A stretch of DNA of 64,000 nt from Longimicrobiales bacterium (GTDB lineage: Bacteria > Gemmatimonadota > Gemmatimonadetes > Longimicrobiales > Gaopeijiaceae), in the NCBI GenBank assembly GCA_965204735.1, contig OZ242008.1:672001-736000 (forward strand), read 5' to 3'. A program made the translations under genes and the position numbers. The notes beneath the pieces were generated by a model. That model saw only the letters and a program-made list of their open reading frames with translations. It searched no databases and was not told the DNA's origin. Below are positions 40,436 to 54,965 of the stretch, in pieces; position 1 is the stretch's first letter, and each line of letters opens with the position of its first letter.

Positions 40436-41343
40436 CCCTCCTGCAGCTCTCGGACCTCCACTTCGGCAAGCCGCACCGGCCCCCGGCGGCAGCCGCCGTG
40501 CTGCGCTTGGCCGACCAGCTCCGCCCCGACGCCGTCGTCGTCTCGGGAGACTTGACCCAGCGCGCCAAGGCGGAGGAGTACCGGGGGGCGGCGGCGCTCC
40601 TTGCGCGGCTGCGCTCGGCGGCGCCCCTGGTCGTCGTCCCGGGCAACCACGACGCGCCGCTCTACCGCCTCTGGGAGCGGCTGACCTCGCCCTACGGGAA
40701 GTACCGCCGCCACGTCTCGCCGGAGCTGGACTCGGTGCTGGACGTGCCTTCCCCCGGCGACGGCCCTGCAAGCGCTGCCGGCGCGCGCTTCGTCGCCCTG
40801 AACTCGACTGCGCCCCGCACCGCGATTGTCAACGGCCGCCTCTCCGGCCGTCAGCTGCGCTTCGCCGCGGGCGCCTTCGCCTCGGCCCCCCGCGCCGCCT
40901 GCCGAGTTCTGGTGCTGCACCACAACTTGGTGCCGCCGGAGGACGCCGAACCCGGGCCGGGGCCGGTCCGGACGCCCGGACCACCGCCCCTCCACGGCGC
41001 TTCCCGCGTGCTCGACCGGCTCGCCGAGTGGAAAGTGGACTTGGTGTTCTCCGGCCACGTCCACAGGAGCTGGACGACCTGTCGCCGAGGAACGCCGCTG
41101 ATCCACGCGGGCACGGCTTCGTCGAGCCGCGGGCGCGGCCCCGAGCGGGGGCTGAACTCGGTCAACGTCGTGGATGTTCAGCCGTCCGAAACATATGTTG
41201 TCGCTTACCTTTACTCCAAAGACGGCCGGCGCTTCCTCCCTGGCAAGGGAAGCCGGCATCGGCGTCGGAGCAGGGCGGTCCGCGGTTCCGACGGGCCGGG
41301 GCAGGAGAGAGAGCCTTCCGATGGAGCGGGTCCGCACCCCTAG
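40432..41343 (+). CDS. Calcineurin-like metallophosphoesterase (CpdA-like)
   Basis: QLSDLHFG, VSGDLTQR, VPGNHD, LHH, SGHVH. Confidence 0.9.
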   Translation: MTLLQLSDLHFGKPHRPPAAAAVLRLADQLRPDAVVVSGDLTQRAKAEEYRGAAALLARLRSAAPLVVVPGNHDAPLYRLWERLTSPYGKYRRHVSPELDSVLDVPSPGDGPASAAGARFVALNSTAPRTAIVNGRLSGRQLRFAAGAFASAPRAACRVLVLHHNLVPPEDAEPGPGPVRTPGPPPLHGASRVLDRLAEWKVDLVFSGHVHRSWTTCRRGTPLIHAGTASSSRGRGPERGLNSVNVVDVQPSETYVVAYLYSKDGRRFLPGKGSRHRRRSRAVRGSDGPGQEREPSDGAGPHP

Positions 41344-43648
41344 ACGGAGAACTGCAAGGGCCTTCGGGACCCGAGCGGCCGCGCTGGCGTCGGGGATCGG
41401 CGCGCTGGCCGGCTGGGGCGTCCTTCTCCCGGCGGCCGGGCAGACGGCCCGCGAACCGAGCCGTGCCGGCGATCTCGTGCAGGAGGAAGTCGTCTCCGTC
41501 TCCTTCACGGGGAATCAAGCGTTTACCGACGCGGAGCTTCGGCGCGCAATCGCCACCCGGGCCTCGTCGTGCCCCTTCGTCCTGGCGGTGACCACGTGCG
41601 CCGTCGGGCTCGACTGGGGCCGCGACCGGGCGTACTACAGCCCCAGGCTGGTCGAAGAGGACGTGGGACGGCTCCGCGTCCTCCTCTACCCGGCCAACGG
41701 CTTTCGGAGCGCGACCGTGCAGCCACGGGTCTCTCGCGTGGAGGGCGGGGTGGCGGTGGAGTTCGTCATCGACGAGGGCGAGGCGTTCCGCATAGGCTCC
41801 GTCAACTTTGCCGGAGACCCCCTGCCTGCGGGCCTGGGAATCGATCAGGACCTTCCAGTGGCCCCGGGCGACCCCCTCGGCGACCTGTCCGTGAAGGAAG
41901 CGCGGGACACCGTCCAGATGCGGCTGCGCAACGCCGGCTACGCTTGGGCCGAGGTCTTTCGCCGGCACCTTCGCCCGCCGGGCGCGGACACCGCCACCTT
42001 GACCTACCAGATCGAACTCGGTCCCCTGGCGTCGGTGGGCCCGGTCCGGGTCGTGGGCCACCAGCTGCTGGGCGCCGAGGCGATCCTGGACCGCCTGCCC
42101 TTTCGAGAAGGCGACCGCTTCAGCGAACGGCTGATCCAGGAGGCGCAGCGCAGCCTTCACGAGCTGGAGATCGTCGCCCGGGCCTCGGTGCGCCGAGACG
42201 CCGCCGCGGCCGGGGCCGACTCGGCGCTGCCCGTCGTCGTCGAGGTGCGGGAGGGGGACGCCCACAGGGTGCGGCTCGGCGGCGGGCTCAACAGCGCCGA
42301 GTGCATCAACTTCGAGGGTCGCTGGGCCAGTCGAAACTTCTTCGGCGGGGGCCGCACCCTCCAGCTCCGAGGTCGAGTCTCCAACCTGCTGGCGACCCTT
42401 CTCCAGCCCACCTTCCTCTGCGCGCACGCCGGCACGGAGGAGTTCGGGCGGCTCAACGGTCTCGTCGCCCTGGACTTCGCGGAGCCGACGTTCCTCTCCC
42501 CCAGGACCAGCCTGCTGGCCGGCGTGTTCGTCGAGCGCCAGTCCCAGAAGAACGTCTTCGTCCGCGACGCCCTGGGCATGGAGCTGGGCCTCAACCGCGC
42601 CGCCGGTCGGAACGCCCGCCTCAGCCTGCGCGTCCGCCCCGAGATCAGCCGGCTCGACGCCGCGGAAGTGACGCTCTGCGCCACCTTTCTGGCGTGCGCG
42701 CCCGCCGAGATCGAGGCGCTGGCCAGCAACCACTGGCTCTCTCCCGTCGCCCTTTCCTTCAGCCGGGACGGCACCGACGGCCTCTTGAGCCCGCGTCGGG
42801 GGTTCAGGGCCTTGGTGGACCTGGAGTACGCCGGGCGGCTGACCGGCTCGGACTACGCCTACTTCCGGGCCCTGGCCGACGGCAGCCTCTACCGCGAGAT
42901 CGACCGAGCGACGGTGCTGGCGCTCCGGTTGCGCGCCGGCGCGATCAGCTCCGGCGCTTTCGTGCAGCCGGTGGCCCGTTCGGGAGGTCCACTGGACGTG
43001 GTGCCTTCCCAAAAGCGCTTCTACGGAGGGGGGGCCGGCAGCGTCCGGGGGTTCGCCCAAGGCACTCTGGGGCCGAGAAGCCTCTCGATCGGCGTCGAGG
43101 AGCTCCTGCGCCGGCGGGCGTCGCAGAGCCCGGCCTGCGAGCCCCGTGCCGTGAGGGAGCTGACGTGCGACGGCTCCTCGCTGGTGGGCGCCGGCCTCTT
43201 TCAGCTCCGGCCGATCGGGGGACTGGGAACGCTGGAGGCCAGCGCAGAGCTCCGCTTCGACTTCTCCGGGGGGCTCTTCGGCGGCGCCGCCTTCGTGGAC
43301 GTGGGGCAGGTGTGGCCGCAGGGCATCTCGCTGGACGACTTGGAGGTGTCGCCGGGAGTGGGCGTGCGGTACAACACGGTCTTCGGCCCGATCCGACTCG
43401 ACTTGGCCTACTCCTTCCGGGATCAGGAGCCGCTGCCGGTGGTGACGTCCCAGATCCGGCCCTTCGTCCCCGGCCGGGACGACCCCTCGGTCCGGATCGA
43501 CGCCGGGCCCCCTGGGACCCAGGAGCCCATCGACTGGGTCGTGTCGGAAGACTTGGCCCTGCTCCGGCCGCCGGTGCTCTTCGGAGACGACCCCGGGTTC
43601 TCCTTCCGGCGCTTCCAGCTCCACTTCTCCGTGGGCCAGGCGTTCTGA
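41321..43648 (+). CDS. BamA/TamA-family outer membrane protein
   Basis: POTRA domains ([14 protein letters not shown]), barrel with [27 protein letters not shown]-terminal HFSVGQAF; upstream of tamB-like gene. Confidence 0.9.
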   Translation: MERVRTPRRRTARAFGTRAAALASGIGALAGWGVLLPAAGQTAREPSRAGDLVQEEVVSVSFTGNQAFTDAELRRAIATRASSCPFVLAVTTCAVGLDWGRDRAYYSPRLVEEDVGRLRVLLYPANGFRSATVQPRVSRVEGGVAVEFVIDEGEAFRIGSVNFAGDPLPAGLGIDQDLPVAPGDPLGDLSVKEARDTVQMRLRNAGYAWAEVFRRHLRPPGADTATLTYQIELGPLASVGPVRVVGHQLLGAEAILDRLPFREGDRFSERLIQEAQRSLHELEIVARASVRRDAAAAGADSALPVVVEVREGDAHRVRLGGGLNSAECINFEGRWASRNFFGGGRTLQLRGRVSNLLATLLQPTFLCAHAGTEEFGRLNGLVALDFAEPTFLSPRTSLLAGVFVERQSQKNVFVRDALGMELGLNRAAGRNARLSLRVRPEISRLDAAEVTLCATFLACAPAEIEALASNHWLSPVALSFSRDGTDGLLSPRRGFRALVDLEYAGRLTGSDYAYFRALADGSLYREIDRATVLALRLRAGAISSGAFVQPVARSGGPLDVVPSQKRFYGGGAGSVRGFAQGTLGPRSLSIGVEELLRRRASQSPACEPRAVRELTCDGSSLVGAGLFQLRPIGGLGTLEASAELRFDFSGGLFGGAAFVDVGQVWPQGISLDDLEVSPGVGVRYNTVFGPIRLDLAYSFRDQEPLPVVTSQIRPFVPGRDDPSVRIDAGPPGTQEPIDWVVSEDLALLRPPVLFGDDPGFSFRRFQLHFSVGQAF

Positions 43649-43650
43649 CG

Positions 43651-46600
43651 ATGGAGAGACGGCGACTTGCCCGCAGCTTCCGGTGGGGCCTTGCGGCGGT
43701 CCTGGCCGTTGCCGGGGCGGGAACCGCCGTCGCCGTCGTCGTGGCGCGCACCGCGGCCGGGCGGGAGTTCGCTGTGCAGTGGGCGCTGGAACGGCTCGAG
43801 GCCAGGCTGGACGGGACGATCCACGTGGGTTCCGTGGGGCAAGGGGGGCTGTGGGGCGGCGCGACCCTCCACCGCGTGGAGATCGCCGACGGCGAAGGAC
43901 GCCCAGTGGCGACGGTGGACTCGATCCGCGCCCGATACTCGCTGCGGGACGTCCTGGGAGACGCGCCCGCCGTCGCCGACCTTCGCCTCTGGTCGCCCGT
44001 GGTGGTGCGCGAGCCGGGACCGGACGGCAGGAGTCGGCTGGCCGCCGTCTTCGCGCCCCTCTCGGTGCCGGGCGGGGACGCGCCCCCGTCCGACGCCGCC
44101 GACCGGGGCTTCGAGGCGGGGCTCGTGGTCCGCGGCGCCCGCATTCACGACGGCGCCCTCGTGCTGCGGAACGCCGACGGCGCCGAACGGCGCTTGGACG
44201 GCATCCAGGCGAAGCTCGCCTTCGTCGAGCTCGCCCCCAGTCCGGGCGTCGCCTTCGCGGCCGAAGTGGACACGTTGACCGGCTCGTACCTGCTGAAGGG
44301 GGGGCGGCTGCGCTTGGCGGCCGCCGAGGCGTCGGTGGAGGGGACGGCCCAGGAGGTCGCCCTCGTCGCGGAGCGGCTTCGTCTGCCGAACTCGGTGGCG
44401 GCGGGCCGGGCAACTGCTCGCCGGAACGAAGACGGGCGATGGAGCTTGGAGCTGGAAGTGGAGCGGGCGCGCTCGGCCCTGGCGGACTTCGCCTGGCTGG
44501 ACCCGGTCGGCGAACGCCTCGAAGGCGGGCTGGCGAAGGGCGTGGCGACGGGCGCGTGGCGGCTGGAGGCCGGTCCCGGCGGGCTGGCCCTGGACGCCGT
44601 CGACGGCGCCGTGGAGTGGGACGGGTCGCGGGTCGCGCTCTCCGGCGGCGTCGCATGGGCGAACACCGCTTCGGGCGCCGCCTCGGCCTCCCGCGCTCCA
44701 CCGCCGCCGCCAGCCGCGCCGTCGCCAGGGCCGAACTCCGCTTCGGGCGCCGCCTCGGCCTCCGGCGCTCCACCGCCGCCGCCAGCCGCGCCGTCGCCAG
44801 GGCCGAACTCCGCTTCGGGCGCCGCCTCGGCCTCCGGCGCCGAGTCCTTCCGCTTCCGCCGGCTTCGCGTGTTCGGCGCGTCGGTGGACGCCCGCGAAGC
44901 GGCCCGGCGGCTCTCTCCGACCGCAGCCGCCCGCCTCCGCGCCACCGGCGCGCAGACCGTCTCGGGCGACGTGGAGCTGGACGGGCCGCTGGACAGCCTC
45001 CACCTGACGGGCGGCCTCGTCCTGCACGGCCCCGGCGGAGACTCCCTGGTCGCGGCCTCGGGCGCCGGCACGGCGCTGGGGAGCCTCCGCTCGGTGCGGA
45101 ACTTCGCCGTCGACGCCACCGTCGCCGACTTCCGCCTGGCCCGCGCCCTCCACCCTCGCTTCCCGTGGACGGGGCCGGGCCGCGCCACCGTCCGGGCGAC
45201 GGGAGACCTGCCCACGGGGATGACGGTGCGGGCAGCGGCGACCCGAAGCGCGGCGCCCTTCCCGGCTCTCCCGCCTCCGGCGTCGGCGCCGGCCGACCGT
45301 CTCCTCGACTCCGTGTCCTTCGCAGGAGTCCTCTACGGCGCCGACGGCGTGGCGGTCGTGGAAGGCGAAGCGACCGCCGCGCCCCTCGCCCTTTCGGGGC
45401 TCGAGCCCCTCTGGCCCGGCGTCTCCCGTCTGGACGCCTCGCGGTTCGGCGCCGTCCGCGGCACGGCTGCCGTCTCCGGTCCCCTGGAGCGCCTTCGGGT
45501 GGCGGCGGAGCTGGCCACCCCGGCGGGTCCCCTCGTGGCGGAGGGCCAAGTCAGCCTCCGCAGCCCGGCCGTCGACTACGACCTTGCCCTCTCGGCCCGC
45601 GAGTTCCGCCTCTCGGAGCTGGCGCCCGGCGTTCCCGCGCCCACCGTGGTGTCGGGGACCGCAAGCCTCGTGGGAAGCGGCACGAGCCTCGCCTCCCTGC
45701 GCGGCGCCCTGGCGGTCGCCACCGGCCCGTCCACGGTCGGCCCGGTGCAGGTGGACACGCTGGACGCGCGAGTGCGGATCGGCGAAGACGGCCTCCTCCA
45801 CGTCGAGTCGATCTTCGCCCGGGCCGGCGGCCTCGACCTGCGCAGCGACGGCGGAACGCTGGCCCTCGGTCCCGACGCCGCCGGCAGCGCGCAGGGCGTC
45901 GTGGTGGACGTGTCGGCGGCGTCGATCCGTCCTCTGCGCCCCCTCTTCATGGGCAACGACCGAGTCGCCTGGGACGACCTCTCGGCGATCGAGCAGGGCT
46001 TCATGATCGAGACCGCCGGCGTGGACCCGGACACCTTTCCCGCCGCGCGCGACATCCGCTTCGAGGGCTCGGTGCAGGGCGAGCTGCGGCTCGAGGGCGA
46101 GATCGCCGACCTCACCGCCACCCTGTCGGCCACGGCGAAGGGAGTCCGCTACGGCGCCCACTCCGCCGGCGAGCTGACGATGGAAGGGGAAGCCCAGGGA
46201 CTCCGCGTCGCGCCGCCGGACGCGGCCGTGCAGACCGCCGCGCCGCCGCTGGTCCTCTCCGGCGCAATCGAGGCGACCGACTCGGTGGTCGTCGCGGGTC
46301 GGCGCTTTGCCGCCGCCCGGGTCGAGGGCAGCTACTCCCTGGACGGCTCGGGCCGCGCGCAAGTGCGCGTGGTTCGCTCGCCCGGCGAGTCCTACGAAGC
46401 CCTGGCAAGCGTCCGCGTCGATGGAGAGCAGCGTCGCGTCGACCTGGACCGCCTCGTGCTCGACTTCGGCGAGCTGCGCTGGAACCTCCAGGGCCCGGCG
46501 CGCTTCGCGTGGAGCCCGGATGCGGTGACGGTCCGCGACTTCGGTCTGGTCCGGCCAGGGTGGGGAGGGCTTCGCCTGCGCGCCGGCGGGCGCCTGGCCC

Positions 46601-48354
46601 TGAGCGGCGGCGAGTCCGACTTCGGCCTGGAGGCGACCGGGCTGAACCTGGCGTTGGTGGGACGCCTCCTCCAAGTGGACGAGGTGGTCGAGGGGGCGGC
46701 CCAGGCGGACGTGCGGGTCCACGGCACGGCGGACGCGCCCCGCTGGGACGGCTTCGCCCGGATCGTCGGCGCCGCCTGGGGCGACCTGCGCTTCGACAGC
46801 GTCTCGGCAGAGGCGAGGTACGCCCGCCGCGCGGCGGACGTTCGCGCCGGGTCGTGGATCGGAGGCCGCCGGGCCCTCGCCGTGACGGGCGAACTTCCCC
46901 TCGACCTGCGCTTCGCCGCCGAAGAGCGGCTGCCCGACGAGCCCATGGACCTGGAGATCGAAGCGGACGCCTTCCCGCTGGCGCTGGCGCTGGGCGCAGT
47001 GGACGGACTCGAGGACGCCAGCGGAAGCATCGGGGGCAGCCTGCGGCTTCAAGGAACGCGCGCGGCGCCGTCGCCCTCGGGCCGGCTCGGGATCGAGGAC
47101 GGGACCGCGCTGGTGGCGCCGCTGGGCGTCCGGCTCTCCGCCGCCGCCGTGGAGATGAGGGTGAGCCCCGACGGCAAGGTGCGCGTGAACGGCTCGGTGG
47201 AGTCGGGCGGCTCGGTGCAGGTCCGGGGCGTCGTCGACGCCGCCCGGCCCCTGGACCCCGGCTTCGACTTGGCGTTCTGGCCCCGCGGCCTGCAAGTCGT
47301 GAACCGGCGCGACATGGAAGCGGCGGTCACCGGCGACTCGGTGGCCCTCACCGGCTCCTACACGGCGCCGCTGGTGGAAGGAACCCTGGAAGTGGACGGC
47401 GGCACGGTGTACCTGGAGGAGTTCCAGCGCTCGGCGGAGACCCTCAGCTTCTACGACCGGAGCCTCTTCGAGGCGGCCACCGAAGGCGCAGACCGCGCCG
47501 CCCTCGCCGTGGCGCCCAACCCGTTCCTGGCCAACCTTCGCGTCCTGGTCGAGCTCGAGGTCGGTCGGGGCAACTGGCTCCGTTCGCAGGCGATGAACAT
47601 GGAGACCGAGGGCGACCTGACCGTCACCTTCGACCGGCAGCGCAACGAGCTGATCCTTTACGGCGCCATGGACGTCGTGCGAGGCGCCTACACCGGCCTG
47701 CCGCGCCCCTTCGCCATGACCGAGGGCGAGTTCGACTTCCCCGGAACGCCCGGCTTCGACCCCAACGTGTCGGTCGCCGCCGAGAGCCGCCTCCGCACCC
47801 ACGACGGCCAGCCGATGGTCGTCACCGCCGACATCTCCGGGCCGCTGCGTTCCCTCCGCCTGGCGCTCTCCAGCGACGCGGGACCGGGAGTCACCGAGGG
47901 CGACATCTACAGCTACCTGCTCACGGGACGCCCAGCGTCGGCAGGCCAGGCCCAAGTGGACGCGGGCGTCAACCTCGTAGTGGGACGGGTGGCCAACCAG
48001 ATCGGCGCCCTGCTGGCGCCGCAGCTCCGCCTGGATCATCTCTCCGTCTCGCAGGCCGAGCAGAGCCCGGCCGCGGCCACGATCGGCGCGTCCTCCCTGC
48101 AAGTCGAGTTCGGCCGCTACGTGCGCGAAAACGTCTTCCTCAAGGGGGTCTACCAGCGGGGCTACTGCGCCGATCCGGCCCTCCCCGTGAACAGCGGCGG
48201 TGCCCGCGCCGAAGTCGGGCTGCCCCAGGACGTCACGCTGGAAGGCTTCTTCGAGAACCGGTGCACCCGAGAGGGGTTCCGGGGCCTGGGCGGCCTCTCC
48301 CTGGACCAAGCGTGGGTCTGGGGACTCTTCTTCTTCCGCGAGTGGGGCTACTAG
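43651..48354 (+). CDS. tamB: Translocation/assembly module TamB-like protein
   Basis: N-terminal anchor, long beta-taco region, DUF490-like C-terminus ([29 protein letters not shown]); follows TamA-like gene. Confidence 0.85.
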   Translation: MERRRLARSFRWGLAAVLAVAGAGTAVAVVVARTAAGREFAVQWALERLEARLDGTIHVGSVGQGGLWGGATLHRVEIADGEGRPVATVDSIRARYSLRDVLGDAPAVADLRLWSPVVVREPGPDGRSRLAAVFAPLSVPGGDAPPSDAADRGFEAGLVVRGARIHDGALVLRNADGAERRLDGIQAKLAFVELAPSPGVAFAAEVDTLTGSYLLKGGRLRLAAAEASVEGTAQEVALVAERLRLPNSVAAGRATARRNEDGRWSLELEVERARSALADFAWLDPVGERLEGGLAKGVATGAWRLEAGPGGLALDAVDGAVEWDGSRVALSGGVAWANTASGAASASRAPPPPPAAPSPGPNSASGAASASGAPPPPPAAPSPGPNSASGAASASGAESFRFRRLRVFGASVDAREAARRLSPTAAARLRATGAQTVSGDVELDGPLDSLHLTGGLVLHGPGGDSLVAASGAGTALGSLRSVRNFAVDATVADFRLARALHPRFPWTGPGRATVRATGDLPTGMTVRAAATRSAAPFPALPPPASAPADRLLDSVSFAGVLYGADGVAVVEGEATAAPLALSGLEPLWPGVSRLDASRFGAVRGTAAVSGPLERLRVAAELATPAGPLVAEGQVSLRSPAVDYDLALSAREFRLSELAPGVPAPTVVSGTASLVGSGTSLASLRGALAVATGPSTVGPVQVDTLDARVRIGEDGLLHVESIFARAGGLDLRSDGGTLALGPDAAGSAQGVVVDVSAASIRPLRPLFMGNDRVAWDDLSAIEQGFMIETAGVDPDTFPAARDIRFEGSVQGELRLEGEIADLTATLSATAKGVRYGAHSAGELTMEGEAQGLRVAPPDAAVQTAAPPLVLSGAIEATDSVVVAGRRFAAARVEGSYSLDGSGRAQVRVVRSPGESYEALASVRVDGEQRRVDLDRLVLDFGELRWNLQGPARFAWSPDAVTVRDFGLVRPGWGGLRLRAGGRLALSGGESDFGLEATGLNLALVGRLLQVDEVVEGAAQADVRVHGTADAPRWDGFARIVGAAWGDLRFDSVSAEARYARRAADVRAGSWIGGRRALAVTGELPLDLRFAAEERLPDEPMDLEIEADAFPLALALGAVDGLEDASGSIGGSLRLQGTRAAPSPSGRLGIEDGTALVAPLGVRLSAAAVEMRVSPDGKVRVNGSVESGGSVQVRGVVDAARPLDPGFDLAFWPRGLQVVNRRDMEAAVTGDSVALTGSYTAPLVEGTLEVDGGTVYLEEFQRSAETLSFYDRSLFEAATEGADRAALAVAPNPFLANLRVLVELEVGRGNWLRSQAMNMETEGDLTVTFDRQRNELILYGAMDVVRGAYTGLPRPFAMTEGEFDFPGTPGFDPNVSVAAESRLRTHDGQPMVVTADISGPLRSLRLALSSDAGPGVTEGDIYSYLLTGRPASAGQAQVDAGVNLVVGRVANQIGALLAPQLRLDHLSVSQAEQSPAAATIGASSLQVEFGRYVRENVFLKGVYQRGYCADPALPVNSGGARAEVGLPQDVTLEGFFENRCTREGFRGLGGLSLDQAWVWGLFFFREWGY
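44660..44840 (+). repeat. 72-bp in-frame tandem duplication (~2.5 units) inside tamB
   Basis: cgaac(a/t)ccgcttcgggcgccgcctcggcctcc at 44660, 44732, 44804; encodes [24 protein letters not shown]. Confidence 0.9.
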
Positions 48355-48423
48355 CGGGCGGCTCCCCTTCGTACCTTTCGCTCCGGCAACGGCAGCGCAC
48401 CGCCAAGGACAAGGAGAGCCACC

Positions 48424-49269
48424 ATGCAGTACATGCGCATGTTCGTCCTGATGGCCGCCCTCACGGCCTTCCTGGGGTTCGTCGGCAACCTTCTCGGAGG
48501 CCAGGGCGGGATGGCGATCGCCCTGATCTTCGCCGTGGGCATGAACGCCTGGATGTACTGGCGCTCGGACCGGGCGGTCCTGCGCATGTACGGCGCCCGG
48601 ATCGTGGGACCCGAAGACGCGCCCGGCCTCTACCGGATGGTGGACCGCCTCCGCCGGCGGGCCGACCTGCCGATGCCCGTGGTGGCGGTCGCGCCCTCGC
48701 CCCAGCCCAACGCCTTCGCCACGGGCCGCTCTCCTTCCAAGGCCGTGGTGTGCTTCACCCAGGGCATCCTCAAGGCGCTCTCGCCCCAGGAGCTGGAAGG
48801 GGTGACCGCCCACGAGCTGGCCCACATCAAGCACCGCCACGTCCTCGTCGGCACGGTGGCGGCCACCATGGCGGGCGCGGTGGGGATCCTCGCCACCATG
48901 GCCCAGTGGGCGGCGATCTTCGGCGGCCGGGACGAGGACGACAACCCCTTGGCGCTCCTGGCCATGGCGATCGTGGCCCCCTTGGGCGCCGCCATCATCC
49001 AGACGGCGATCAGCCGCCAGAACGAGTTCCAGGCGGACCGCACCGGAGGCCGGATCGCCGGCAGCCCGCTCCACTTGGCCAACGCCCTGACCCGGCTGGA
49101 CCGCACCGCCCGCCGCATCCCCATGAAGGTGAACCCGGCCGCGGCCCAGCTGGCGATCGTCAACCCCTTGGCCGGGCGCAAGGCGGGCTTCTCCGGGTTG
49201 TTCAGCACCCATCCCCCCACCGAGGAACGGGTGGCCAGGCTCGCCGAGCAGGCGCGGAGGTCCGCCTAG
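48424..49269 (+). CDS. htpX: Zinc metalloprotease HtpX
   Basis: [40 protein letters not shown]. Confidence 0.95.
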   Translation: MQYMRMFVLMAALTAFLGFVGNLLGGQGGMAIALIFAVGMNAWMYWRSDRAVLRMYGARIVGPEDAPGLYRMVDRLRRRADLPMPVVAVAPSPQPNAFATGRSPSKAVVCFTQGILKALSPQELEGVTAHELAHIKHRHVLVGTVAATMAGAVGILATMAQWAAIFGGRDEDDNPLALLAMAIVAPLGAAIIQTAISRQNEFQADRTGGRIAGSPLHLANALTRLDRTARRIPMKVNPAAAQLAIVNPLAGRKAGFSGLFSTHPPTEERVARLAEQARRSA

Positions 49270-49273
49270 ACCC

Positions 49274-52206
<2,933 letters not shown>

Positions 52207-52207
<1 letters not shown>

Positions 52208-52439
52208 CCCGCCCCGCGGCCCGGGGCGACGCCCACGAAGCCGAGACCGAGCCGCCGCCCGAGGAGAGCCTGCCCGCCAGCCCGTGGCGACGCCTTCGTG
52301 GAGCGCGTGGTCGACGCTGGCGACGATGCCCGCCCTCCAGCCCGTGGCGACGCCCCCTCGCCCGTGCGTAGCCCGATGCAGGACGGTCGTTCCCCTCGCG
52401 CACCGCCACGGACGCCCCCTCGCCCCGCGCGTAGCCCGA
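52207..52439 (+). repeat. Degenerate ~60-62-bp-period repeat cluster between uvrA and the CesT-pspA operon
   Basis: gcccg(t/g)ggcgacgcc at ~52219, 52280, 52340; gacgccccctcgccc..gcgtagcccga at 52349 and 52411. Confidence 0.65.
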
Positions 52440-52452
52440 CCAAGCCGCTCCG

Positions 52453-52461
52453 TGTTATCTT
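52453..52461 (+). promoter_or_regulatory. Extended -10 element
   Basis: TG-t-TATCTT about 70 bp upstream of GTG 52530. Confidence 0.4.
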
Positions 52462-52529
52462 CACCTTGTGCGCCTGCCTGCCGACGGCGCCCGCGCACTT
52501 TGCTGCGAAGCCCACCGTCAGGAGACGAC

Positions 52530-52931
52530 GTGATCAGCCGAGAAGACCTGCAGAGCTACCTGATCCGCATGGACGCGGAGTTCGAGGAGGTGGACCATGG
52601 GATGTTCCTCGTCCATACCGACCACGACGGCGCGCCGATCGTGGTGCACCACTCCGACCCCCTCCTGCTGGTCCGGATGAAGGTCATGGACCTGCCAGAC
52701 GATTCGAGCGGGCTGGCCGAACTCTACGAGACGCTTCTCAAGCTGAACGCTTCGGACGTGGTGCACGGCGCCTACGGGATCGAGGAGGGGGAGCTGATCC
52801 TGAGCGACACGCTCCAGCTCGGGAACCTGGACTTCGAGGAGCTGCAGGCGTCGCTGGAGAGCGTTCAGCTGGCGGCATCGGCCCATATGGCGCGGATCCG
52901 CGGGCTGGCGGAAGCAGGAGGAAGCGAGTAG
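52530..52931 (+). CDS. CesT/Tir (YbjN-like) chaperone family protein
   Basis: Small acidic protein, LYETLLKLNASDVVHGAYGIEEGELILSDTLQLGNLDFEELQAS; RBS aggag; directly before pspA. Confidence 0.8.
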   Translation: MISREDLQSYLIRMDAEFEEVDHGMFLVHTDHDGAPIVVHHSDPLLLVRMKVMDLPDDSSGLAELYETLLKLNASDVVHGAYGIEEGELILSDTLQLGNLDFEELQASLESVQLAASAHMARIRGLAEAGGSE

Positions 52932-52935
52932 CGCG

Positions 52936-53808
52936 ATGAGCATCTTCAGCAAGTTCTCGACGATGATCCGGTCGAACATCAACGACCTCATCTCCCGGGC
53001 GGAGAACCCGGAGAAGATGCTGAACCAGATCATCCTGGACATGCGGGACCAGCTGGCGAAGTCGAAGCGCGAAGTGGCGTCGGCGATCGCCGACGAGCGG
53101 AAGCTGAAGTCCCAGCTGGAAGGGGAGCGCAAGCAGGTCCGGGAGTGGGAGAGCCGGGCGATGCTGGCGGTCAACGAGGGCCGCGACGATCTGGCGAAGC
53201 AGGCTCTGGTGCGGCAACAGGAGCACGCGGAGCGGGCGGCGTCGCTGGAGGGGACCTGGCAGGCGCAGGCGGCGGAGACGGAGAAGCTGAAGGGGTCGCT
53301 GCGCCAGCTGAACGACAAGATCGAGGAGGCGAAGCGGAAGCGGAACCTTCTGGTGGCGAAGCAGAAGCGGGCGCAGGCGCAGCGGCGCATCCACGAGACG
53401 ATGTCGGGGCTGTCGGACACGTCGGCGTTCGAGGCGTTCAACCGCATGGCCGACAAGATCGAGGAGGAGGAGCGGCGCAATCTGGCGCAGGCCGAGGTGA
53501 CCGAAGCTCTCTCCGGCGACACGCTGGAGACGGAGTTTCTCCGGCTGGAGTCCGGATCCGGCGACGCCGGGATGGACGACCGCCTGCTGGACCTGAAGGC
53601 GAAGATGGGACTCCTGCCGAGCGGAAGCGGACCGAAGCAGCTGGGTTCGGGCGAGGAAGCCGCCGGCGACGGCGCGTCGGGCGCCGCCCGCTCCGACGCC
53701 AGCGACTCCGACGCCAAGTCGGCGGAGGACGCCCACGCGCCGCCGGAAGTCCGCGAAGCCGAGCTCCTAGAGGAGTTCGAGAAGCTGGAGCGCGGCGGCC
53801 GCTCGTGA
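52936..53808 (+). CDS. pspA: PspA/IM30 family protein
   Basis: MSIFSKF...NINDLISRAENPEKMLNQIILDM, GRDDLAKQAL, AFEAFNRMADKI. Confidence 0.95.
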   Translation: MSIFSKFSTMIRSNINDLISRAENPEKMLNQIILDMRDQLAKSKREVASAIADERKLKSQLEGERKQVREWESRAMLAVNEGRDDLAKQALVRQQEHAERAASLEGTWQAQAAETEKLKGSLRQLNDKIEEAKRKRNLLVAKQKRAQAQRRIHETMSGLSDTSAFEAFNRMADKIEEEERRNLAQAEVTEALSGDTLETEFLRLESGSGDAGMDDRLLDLKAKMGLLPSGSGPKQLGSGEEAAGDGASGAARSDASDSDAKSAEDAHAPPEVREAELLEEFEKLERGGRS

Positions 53809-54650
53809 GCGTGGTCCACCTGAACGGGGAGTACCTTCCGAAGGGCGAAGCCAAGGTTTCGGTGGACGAGCGAGGCTTCCTCTTCGCCGACGGAGTCTAC
53901 GAAGTCACGCCGGCCTACGGCGGCCGTCTCTTCCGCTGGCCCCAGCACCTGGATCGGATGCGGAAGGGGCTCGCGGCGCTGCGGATCGACTTCGACGCCG
54001 CCGCCCTGGAGGCAGTCAAGTACGAGCTGCTGGCCCGCAACGGGCTGGACAAGGCTCCTGCCGCCTACGTGTACGTGCAGGTGACCCGGGGCGCCGCCCC
54101 CAGAATGCACGCCTTCCCGGACCCGCCCGTGGCCCCCGGCGTCTACGCCTTCGCCAACCCCTACCACCGCCCGTCGATGGAGCGCTGGGAGCGGGGCTTC
54201 CGCGCCGTGACGGTGCCGGACCAGCGCTGGGCCCGGGCGGACGTCAAGGCGATCGCGCTGCTGCCCAACGTCATGGCCCAGCAAGCGGCGGTGGACGCCG
54301 GCGTGAGCAACGCGATCTTCGTCCGCGACGGGATGGCGATGGAGGGCGCCCACAACAACCTCTTCGCCGTCTGCGACGGGACGCTGATCACGGCGCCCAA
54401 GTCCAACTACATCCTCCACGGCGTCACCCGCGACTTCGTGATCGGCCTGGCCGCCGAGATGGGAATCGCCGTGGAGGAGCGGGCGATCCCGCTGCCGGAG
54501 CTCTACGCCGCCGCCGAGCTCTTCTTCACTGGCACCACGACCGAGATCAAGCCCGCCGTGGAGGTCGACGGCCGCCGGATCGGCAACGGCCGGCCGGGTC
54601 CGGCCACGCGACGGCTCTACGCGACGTTCCTGGAGGCGGTGGGCGGGTAG
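53805..54650 (+). CDS. dat: D-amino-acid transaminase (aminotransferase class IV)
   Basis: VSVDERGFLFADGVYEV, YVQVTRGAAPRMHAFP, RWARADVKAIALLPNV, ILHGVTR. Confidence 0.88.
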   Translation: MSVVHLNGEYLPKGEAKVSVDERGFLFADGVYEVTPAYGGRLFRWPQHLDRMRKGLAALRIDFDAAALEAVKYELLARNGLDKAPAAYVYVQVTRGAAPRMHAFPDPPVAPGVYAFANPYHRPSMERWERGFRAVTVPDQRWARADVKAIALLPNVMAQQAAVDAGVSNAIFVRDGMAMEGAHNNLFAVCDGTLITAPKSNYILHGVTRDFVIGLAAEMGIAVEERAIPLPELYAAAELFFTGTTTEIKPAVEVDGRRIGNGRPGPATRRLYATFLEAVGG

Positions 54651-54965
54651 CGGAACGTTCGACGGCAGGACGACGGTCGACGCACACCCCCGTACGAGGA
54701 AGCACCCGACATCCCGGCGGCGCCGGAGATGGGCCGGTTGCGCTCCCTGCCGACAACCGACCTCGCGTGGCGGACGGGCGTGGTCAGGCAGTCGACCAAC
54801 CGGCGCGGCTGGGCAAAAAAATCTGTCCCATCCAGCCATGGAAATGGCGCACCCCCGGTGAGACACTGAGGCCAGGGCCGGAGACTGTCCCGGCCAGCTT
54901 CGGGGGAACTCCGTCCGCGACGCCTCCGAAGCGCCTCTCGTCTCGGACGCACTGGAGCCGCCGCC

